From a virus (lineage: Duplodnaviria > Caudoviricetes): DNA of 30,220 nt. This document shows, one piece after another, positions 24,437 to 30,220 of the stretch (its first letter is position 1; each line of letters begins with the position of its first letter). The notes under the pieces were generated by a model. It did no database searches. It was not told the DNA's origin and was given only the letters and a program-made list of their open reading frames with translations. Location of the stretch: IMG/VR virus record IMGVR_UViG_3300025890_000087, positions 1 through 30,220 of that record. One strand, written 5' to 3'. Both the position numbers and the translations under genes were made by a program.

Positions 24437-24997
24437 ATGAACTTATTTATTTTAGACGAAAGTCCGATAGTAGCAGCTCAACAACAATGTGATAAGCACG
24501 TAGTTAAAATGATTATTGAGTCTGCTCAGATGCTCTCAACTGCCCATAGATTTCTAGATGGGCAGTTAACTTCTCGTCCCTCAAAGTCTGGCAAGACTAA
24601 TGTCAAGTATTGGTTACTTGATGACTTTAGGGAATCCCACCTCTATAAAGCCGTTCACGTAAATCATCCATGCACTATATGGACACGTGAAAGCGTATCT
24701 AATTACCAATGGCACTATAAGCATTTTATAGCACTGTGCGACGAATATCGATACAGATATGGTAAAACCCACAAAACAGAAGAAGTCCTAGCAGACGCAC
24801 TGGCCTTTGTTCCACAAAATATCCCCCATGGCAATTTAACCCCTTTTAGATTAGCTATGCTAGCTTATCCCGAGTGCATAGATAATAATGATGTGGTTGG
24901 TTCATATCGTAAGTACTACCACACTAAACAAACGCAGTTCGCTATGAAGTGGACTAAAAGAGAAACACCACCCTGGTTTAAAAGAATAGAAATGTAA
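24437..24997 (+). CDS. pyrimidine-dimer DNA glycosylase/DenV-like family protein
   Basis: MNLFILD..P, DKHVVKM..E.AQMLSTAH, H.NHPCTIW and EY.YRYGK.H. Confidence 0.75.
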   Translation: MNLFILDESPIVAAQQQCDKHVVKMIIESAQMLSTAHRFLDGQLTSRPSKSGKTNVKYWLLDDFRESHLYKAVHVNHPCTIWTRESVSNYQWHYKHFIALCDEYRYRYGKTHKTEEVLADALAFVPQNIPHGNLTPFRLAMLAYPECIDNNDVVGSYRKYYHTKQTQFAMKWTKRETPPWFKRIEM

Positions 24998-25200
24998 TGA
25001 GTATTAATGTTAGAATTGGGGAACGCCTAGATTTATTGCAAAAAATGTTAGAAAATAACGATCATATAAATAATCAAAGCGACACTTTAGAGCTTATTGC
25101 TTCTATCTCTAAGTTCTGGAGTATCCTAAGCGAAGAAGATAGAGACTACATACAGGCTGCTTCACAGGCAGTTAATGAAAAAATACCCTGGGATATATAA
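24997..25200 (+). CDS. hypothetical protein
   Basis: Translationally coupled (TAATG) at both ends. Confidence 0.7.
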   Translation: MSINVRIGERLDLLQKMLENNDHINNQSDTLELIASISKFWSILSEEDRDYIQAASQAVNEKIPWDI

Positions 25201-25454
25201 TGCCTACATACGATTATCATTGTAAAGATTGCGGAACTGTGTTTACTGCTATTAAAAAGATTGCAGAAAGAAACGATCCAGAATCAGTGCCATGCGAAAG
25301 CTGCGGTAACCTATCAGTAACACAAAAAATCGGTGCTCCACTTATATCATATCAGGTTGGCGGTATACTATCAAAGACTGATGATGGATGGAAAGACACC
25401 TTAAATAAAATTAAGGCAGGTTCAGGAGCGGGTAACTCAATCAATGTCAAGTAA
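25200..25454 (+). CDS. FmdB-family zinc-ribbon protein
   Basis: MPTYDYHCKDCG...CESCG. Confidence 0.85.
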   Translation: MPTYDYHCKDCGTVFTAIKKIAERNDPESVPCESCGNLSVTQKIGAPLISYQVGGILSKTDDGWKDTLNKIKAGSGAGNSINVK

Positions 25455-26157
25455 CATGAAAGGTAAGACCTTAAAACTTAAGCTAGAGAATCTCCGAGAA
25501 TTAGAGCCAATAACAAAAAATCAAGAAAAGGTATTTAAGTCATATGAGGATGGATATAACCTTTGCTTATCAGGTTCAGCTGGATCTGGAAAGACTTTCC
25601 TGGCTTTGTATCTTGCTCTAGAAGATGTACTAAACAAAGATACACCATACGATAAAGTAGTTATTATTCGTTCAGTAGTACCTACACGTGATATAGGGTT
25701 TTTGCCTGGCAACGAAGACGAAAAGCTTGATGCTTATGCAGGACCATATAAAGGTATTATGACTGAATTATTTGCCGATGGCAATGCTTGGGAAAAGCTA
25801 GTTAATCAGCAGTTTGTAGAATTTACATCCACCTCGTTTATTCGTGGTATAACTATATCGAATGCAATCGTTATTGTTGACGAGATGCAGAACCTAAATT
25901 TCCACGAGTTAGACTCTGTTATTACCCGATTAGGTGAAGCAACAAAGTTAATAATGTGTGGTGATTATTACCAATCTGACTTTGATAAAGAAAAAGATCG
26001 GAGCGGTATATTAAACTTCCTAGAGATTATTCAGAGAATGAAGTACTTTGATCATATTGAATTCTCATGGGAAGATATTGTTCGTTCAGGACTCGTTCGC
26101 GAGTATATTATGACTAAGGAGCAGATGGTAGACGATGGCCAAATTCAAAAGATTTGA
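25444..26157 (+). CDS. phoH: PhoH-family ATPase
   Basis: GSAGSGKT, RS.VP.RDIGFLPG, RGIT, DEMQN, ITR.G, GD..QSD and DIVRSGLV. Confidence 0.94.
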   Translation: MSSNMKGKTLKLKLENLRELEPITKNQEKVFKSYEDGYNLCLSGSAGSGKTFLALYLALEDVLNKDTPYDKVVIIRSVVPTRDIGFLPGNEDEKLDAYAGPYKGIMTELFADGNAWEKLVNQQFVEFTSTSFIRGITISNAIVIVDEMQNLNFHELDSVITRLGEATKLIMCGDYYQSDFDKEKDRSGILNFLEIIQRMKYFDHIEFSWEDIVRSGLVREYIMTKEQMVDDGQIQKI

Positions 26158-26245
26158 TCCTCGAAATAAGAAGGCAAATAAGAAAAAACAGTACGTTAAT
26201 GATAATGATAGCCGTAAAAAGCAAGTTGATAAGAAGAGAGCATAA
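26135..26245 (+). CDS. small basic protein (36 aa, not in ORF track)
   Basis: MAKFKRFDPRNKKANKKK...; TAATG coupling to the next gene. Confidence 0.55.
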   Translation: MAKFKRFDPRNKKANKKKQYVNDNDSRKKQVDKKRA

Positions 26246-26919
26246 TGTTTGAACACGTTGATTCTAAGTTAGATTATGATGACCTTACCGCTAAATCCGT
26301 TAAGGGTGAACGCCGATATGATACACCAGATGGCAAATCATACCCCTCTGTTACTACAGTACTATCAATACTGTCAGAAGACCATATCCGCAAATGGCGT
26401 AAGCGCGTAGGCGAAGCAGAAGCAAATAAGATATCGCATCGTGCTTCTACTCGTGGTACTGCAGTCCACTCTATTATCGAAAAGTATATCGATAATGAAG
26501 AAGACTATGCTAAAGAGTTTATGCCTAATATCGTGGATAACTTTCAATCTGTTAAATCAGTTCTCGATGCTGGCATAGGTAAAGTCTATGCACAAGAAGC
26601 AGCACTCTTCTCTCATCATCTAGGTCTTGCAGGTCGTGTAGACTGTATTGCTGAATGGAACGGTAAGCTATCAATTATCGACTTCAAAACCTCTAAAAAG
26701 CTTAAAAAGAAAGAATGGGTAGAAAATTACTTTATTCAAGAATCAGCCTATGCTATTATGTGGGAAGAACGTACGGGTATACCTATTACCCAGCTAGTTA
26801 CTATTATTGCTGTCGATGACGAAGAACCACAAGTTTTTATTGAGCATCGCGATAATCATACCGAAAAGCTTTTATCAACAATTAAAGAATACAATAACCG
26901 TAAGATGTTCGGTAGATAA
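26245..26919 (+). CDS. PD-(D/E)xK exonuclease (RecB/Cas4-like phage exonuclease)
   Basis: YPSVTTVL, RGTAVH, E..L, AGRVDC, IIDFKTS and Q..AY. Confidence 0.9.
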   Translation: MFEHVDSKLDYDDLTAKSVKGERRYDTPDGKSYPSVTTVLSILSEDHIRKWRKRVGEAEANKISHRASTRGTAVHSIIEKYIDNEEDYAKEFMPNIVDNFQSVKSVLDAGIGKVYAQEAALFSHHLGLAGRVDCIAEWNGKLSIIDFKTSKKLKKKEWVENYFIQESAYAIMWEERTGIPITQLVTIIAVDDEEPQVFIEHRDNHTEKLLSTIKEYNNRKMFGR

Positions 26920-26930
26920 GGAATTTAATT

Positions 26931-27500
26931 ATGGCTGAAATTACAGATCTATTTAAGACTAAGGAAAGCTTTACTGATAAGCCACTCAGTAGAATCTCTG
27001 ACTATTACCTATCTGGTCATCTCGATAGACCAGAGGAATACATCGAATGGTTTGATCAGATTCGAAATGCAGGACAGAACGACGTAATCGTATTACACAT
27101 TAACTGCTTTGGCGGGGATTTATATACTGCTATACAATTCATCAGGGTATTACAAGAATGTCAGGGTGTAGTCGTTGCATCAGTAGAAGGTGCGTGTATG
27201 TCTGCTGCTACAATGATTTTCTTACAGGCTGATGAAGTAGAAATCTCTAATCACTCTGCGTTTATGTTCCACAACTACTCTGGTGGTACAATAGGTAAAG
27301 GCGGTGAAATGATTGACCAACTTACTTACGAACGCTCATGGTCTGAGAGCCTTCTTAAAGACGTTTATGCTGATTTTCTTAACGAAAAGGAAATCGAATC
27401 TATATTAGACGGCAAAGATCTTTGGATGTCTTCTGATGAGGTAACTAAGCGTATGCAGGACAAAGCAAAGAAAATAAAGAAATCTAAGGGAACTAAATAG
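26931..27500 (+). CDS. clpP: ClpP-like serine protease
   Basis: INCFGG, G.CMSAATMI (catalytic Ser), FMFHN (His) and DLW. Confidence 0.85.
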   Translation: MAEITDLFKTKESFTDKPLSRISDYYLSGHLDRPEEYIEWFDQIRNAGQNDVIVLHINCFGGDLYTAIQFIRVLQECQGVVVASVEGACMSAATMIFLQADEVEISNHSAFMFHNYSGGTIGKGGEMIDQLTYERSWSESLLKDVYADFLNEKEIESILDGKDLWMSSDEVTKRMQDKAKKIKKSKGTK

Positions 27501-27523
27501 TATAAATAGAGTAATATTACTCT
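27501..27523 (+). promoter_or_regulatory. T4 late promoter with abutting 16-bp palindrome
   Basis: TATAAATA (27501-27508) plus agagtaatattactct (27508-27523). Confidence 0.8.
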
Positions 27524-27538
27524 TATACGGAAATAGAA

Positions 27539-28207
27539 ATGTTATCCTTTGATGATTACCTCAATGAAGGTATAAACGATCCTTCAATCTTTAAAGCTGT
27601 TTTCTTAGCTGGCGGACCAGGCTCTGGTAAGTCATTTATGGTTGGGCAAACAGCTTTAACATCACTAGGCTTTAAGATTATTAACTCAGATCCAGCATTT
27701 GAGTTAGCTCTTTCAAAGGCAGGATTATCAGCAACACCAGATGACATTGCTTCTCCTAAAGGACAAGAACTCCGCGGAAAAGCGAAAGCTCTGGTCGGTA
27801 AGCAGATGGATTTAGCTATTGACGGCCGACTCGGATTAGTCATAGATGGTACTGGTAAAGACTTTGGTAAGATTAAGCAACAAGCAGATGCTCTTAGAAG
27901 CCTGGGTTATTCTGTTGCTATGATCTTTGTCAATACTGATCTTGAAACAGCTTTGTCTCGTAATGCTGCAAGAGCGAGATCTTTACCAGATTCGATGGTA
28001 ACATCAATGTGGCAAGATGTTCAAAAGAACATAGGTAAGTTTCAGAACTTCTTTGCCTCTACCTTTATTATCGTGGATAACTCAGAAGGTGCAAATGCTA
28101 AAGGTGCAGGATTAGCAGCTTATAAAAAGATTAAAGCATGGGCTAAAAAAGTACCTTTAGAAAATCCTAAAGTTAAACAATGGATAGACCAACAGAGACC
28201 TAAATAA
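27539..28207 (+). CDS. zeta-toxin-like/AAA_33 P-loop kinase with capsid-targeting-like leader
   Basis: LAGGPGSGKS, INSD, VIDGTG and AL.RN..R.R; leader MLSFDDYLNE|G. Confidence 0.8.
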   Translation: MLSFDDYLNEGINDPSIFKAVFLAGGPGSGKSFMVGQTALTSLGFKIINSDPAFELALSKAGLSATPDDIASPKGQELRGKAKALVGKQMDLAIDGRLGLVIDGTGKDFGKIKQQADALRSLGYSVAMIFVNTDLETALSRNAARARSLPDSMVTSMWQDVQKNIGKFQNFFASTFIIVDNSEGANAKGAGLAAYKKIKAWAKKVPLENPKVKQWIDQQRPK

Positions 28208-28467
28208 TGGAAGATATATTTGATTTCGGATTTACTGCCGTTGACGAAGCAGAGCTAGAAGCAGTTCAGCAAGCATCTACACAACTACAGCAAACATCAT
28301 CTGATGTAGAGCACCTCCAGGCAAAGATAGATAATCTATACAATTCTATTATGCCGCTTCTTTCAAATCTAAAAAAGAACCCCGAAAAAGAGTATATACT
28401 TTGGCCAAACCGATTGGATAAAGTTGAGCAATTTGAGACACACCTACAGAAAATATATAAGGATTAG
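28207..28467 (+). CDS. conserved hypothetical protein
   Basis: FDFGFTAVDE.EL ... PLL.NLKKNPEKEYI.WPNR. Confidence 0.8.
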   Translation: MEDIFDFGFTAVDEAELEAVQQASTQLQQTSSDVEHLQAKIDNLYNSIMPLLSNLKKNPEKEYILWPNRLDKVEQFETHLQKIYKD

Positions 28468-28469
28468 TT

Positions 28470-28646
28470 ATGGCTGGCACTTGGCATGGCGGTAAAGGTG
28501 ATAAAGCACGTAAGGTAGATCAAGAAAAATTCTCTTCTAACTGGGATGCTATCTTTGGTAAAAAAGAAGATAAAAAAGAAGATAAGGATCTCAAGTTTAT
28601 GACTGCTGAACAGTATGTCGATGGAGTAAAAAACGAAGATGAATAG
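28470..28646 (+). CDS. small hypothetical protein (58 aa, not in ORF track)
   Basis: AAGGA SD; MAGTWHGGKGDKARKVDQEKFSSNWDAIFGKK. Confidence 0.75.
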   Translation: MAGTWHGGKGDKARKVDQEKFSSNWDAIFGKKEDKKEDKDLKFMTAEQYVDGVKNEDE

Positions 28647-29085
28647 AGAAGCAGTATTTAACCAATTAAAAGAAGACGAGGGAGTAGTCTATGAAATCTA
28701 TCTCGACCATCTCGGGCTCGCAACCTTTGGGGTCGGTCATCTTGTCCTCGAAAGTGACGAGGAATTCGGAGGGCCAGTTGGAACAACAGTTACTGAGGAA
28801 AGAGTCAGGAACTGTTTTGATAGAGACCTTGATATTGCCATCGGAGAGTGTGGAACTTTATACGGCGAAAGGTTATTTGGAGGACTCCCAGATGAAGTCC
28901 AGCAAATCCTGGTTAACATGATGTTCAACATGGGACGTCCTCGTCTTAGCGGATTTAAAAAATTCAATGCCGCAATAGAAGCAGGCGATTGGAAAGAAGC
29001 TGCTAAAGAAGGCAGAGATTCCCGATGGTACAATCAAGTCACTAATCGTGCTGAAAGATTAATGGAAAGAATGGAGAAAGTATAA
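28639..29085 (+). CDS. endolysin, GH24/T4-lysozyme family
   Basis: EG....Y.D..G..T.G.GH catalytic motif, NM.FNMG and DSRWY.Q...RA.RL. Confidence 0.92.
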   Translation: MNREAVFNQLKEDEGVVYEIYLDHLGLATFGVGHLVLESDEEFGGPVGTTVTEERVRNCFDRDLDIAIGECGTLYGERLFGGLPDEVQQILVNMMFNMGRPRLSGFKKFNAAIEAGDWKEAAKEGRDSRWYNQVTNRAERLMERMEKV

Positions 29086-29564
29086 TGGCAAAATTTAACA
29101 GACTGCTTGACGCAGACTTTCAACCGCCTAGGACATGGATTTTAGACTTGTCTTTGGCATTTGATTCTGATGTTCTTAACGAAACAGAAGCTGGCTATCT
29201 TAAAGCTGTAGGTGCAAAGATTAATAAGAATAACAAGATTACGGTACCTAAAGGGTTTAAAACAGACTTAGCATCGGTGCCAAGATTTGGCTGGATCTTT
29301 GTTGCTCCATTTGATATTGCTCGTGCTGGTGTTGTCCACGATTATCTATATTACTGCATTCGTCAATATCGAGCTTCTATGGAAAAATCTGGCATGCCCG
29401 AGGACACTTTACTTATTCACGATGCAAAGGTTGCTGCTGATAAAGTATTTAAAGAAGCAATGGACGTTTCAGCAGATCATGTTTCTGGCTGGAAAAAATG
29501 GGTAGCTTGGAAAACAGTATCATTGTTTGGATGGAGCTCAATTGTTCCAAGAGACGAACTATAG
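29085..29564 (+). CDS. DUF1353-family protein
   Basis: VPKGFKTDLASVP, A.VVHDYLY and AD..F.EAM. Confidence 0.85.
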   Translation: MAKFNRLLDADFQPPRTWILDLSLAFDSDVLNETEAGYLKAVGAKINKNNKITVPKGFKTDLASVPRFGWIFVAPFDIARAGVVHDYLYYCIRQYRASMEKSGMPEDTLLIHDAKVAADKVFKEAMDVSADHVSGWKKWVAWKTVSLFGWSSIVPRDEL

Positions 29565-29881
29565 TGTGGATACTGCTAATTAGAGCAGCCATTACCGGCA
29601 TATTTGGTTCTGCATTTGGTAAATGGTTTCTTTCTACCCGCATGGGAATGTGGTTTCAAAAGAAACTAGATGCCTTTATGGAATATCTTGCAGTCAAGTA
29701 TGATATACAGATTGCTAAGAAAGAAGCTAAATGGCGTTCTGATTACCCTCTTTTAGCAGAAAGAATAGATAAGCTAGAATCATGGTCACATCCTCCAGTA
29801 GCACCCGGTGGAGCAACAGAATTAGTTAAAGAGATAGAAACTCTAAAAAAAGAAATAGATTTATTAAAACGAAAGAAATAA
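29564..29881 (+). CDS. hypothetical membrane-associated protein
   Basis: GTG start overlapping the previous stop; hydrophobic N-terminus and C-terminal coiled coil. Confidence 0.65.
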   Translation: MWILLIRAAITGIFGSAFGKWFLSTRMGMWFQKKLDAFMEYLAVKYDIQIAKKEAKWRSDYPLLAERIDKLESWSHPPVAPGGATELVKEIETLKKEIDLLKRKK

Positions 29882-29892
29882 AGGAGGATGTT

Positions 29893-30220
29893 ATGAGAAA
29901 GTTACTTACAATGATTACATTTTTTCTTGTTGGCTTTGTTGCTGGCGGAGTTAATGGTCAAACATATACAGAAGAAGTAGCAAGCATTATTAACGAAAAC
30001 TGCGTGGTCTGTCACAGAGAAGGCGGCATCGGACCTATGAGTTTTGAAACCTATGAGCAGGTTAGACCATGGGCACCATTAATATCACTTAAAGTAATGA
30101 AAAGAGAAATGCCGCCATATGCTTATGACCATGGCATTGGAATACAAGACTTACAAGGTGATTGGCGATTATCCCAAAAAGACATAGACACTATTGTTGA
30201 GTGGGTAGATTCCGGATCAC
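29893..30220 (+). CDS. exported c-type cytochrome domain protein (3' truncated by window edge, not in ORF track)
   Basis: AAGGAGG SD; signal peptide MRKLLTMITFFLVGFVAGGVNG; heme motif CVVCH at 30001-30015; distal MPP ligand motif; LS..DI..I..W. Confidence 0.85.
   Translation, partial: MRKLLTMITFFLVGFVAGGVNGQTYTEEVASIINENCVVCHREGGIGPMSFETYEQVRPWAPLISLKVMKREMPPYAYDHGIGIQDLQGDWRLSQKDIDTIVEWVDSGS

Noticed and set aside
26245-26919. Cas4/CRISPR system
   Set aside because: No repeat-spacer array or other cas genes are present; this is the common standalone phage exonuclease. The 22-kb repeats are promoters, not CRISPR repeats.
28561-28585. aaaaagaagat short tandem repeat
   Set aside because: Low-complexity KKED coding repeat with no evident significance.
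141-29643. All minus-strand ORFs and short nested + strand ORFs in the track
   Set aside because: They are shadows of well-supported + strand genes, with no motifs or SD sites.

Overview
This window is a fragment of a T4-like (Tevenvirinae-related) myovirus genome, probably marine, with almost all genes on the + strand. It carries replication and nucleotide genes (end of uvsX, gp41 helicase, thyX, nrdA/nrdB, rnh), phoH, a ClpP-like protease, an endolysin and a spanin-like pair. Five things stand out. (1) A late-promoter cluster at about 5.3-15.1 kb, plus a gene at 27.5 kb, encodes proteins that share an N-terminal leader resembling the T4 capsid-targeting sequence (M-x-x-F-x-x-F/Y-L-x-E). These include a PD-(D/E)xK-like nuclease, an RNA-ligase-like KxDG protein, a HIGH-type nucleotidyltransferase, a P-loop kinase and an apparent polyprotein punctuated by prohead-protease-like L/I-x-E sites, together suggesting an injected enzyme payload. 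(2) A circularly permuted two-piece tmRNA with tag ANDEAFALAA and a 98-nt hairpin intervening segment. (3) A family of repeated sigma70-type promoter cassettes with TTACGAT direct repeats. (4) Late promoters coupled to inverted repeats. (5) A truncated, exported CxxCH cytochrome-c gene at the right edge. All calls were made by eye from motifs; no database searches were run.
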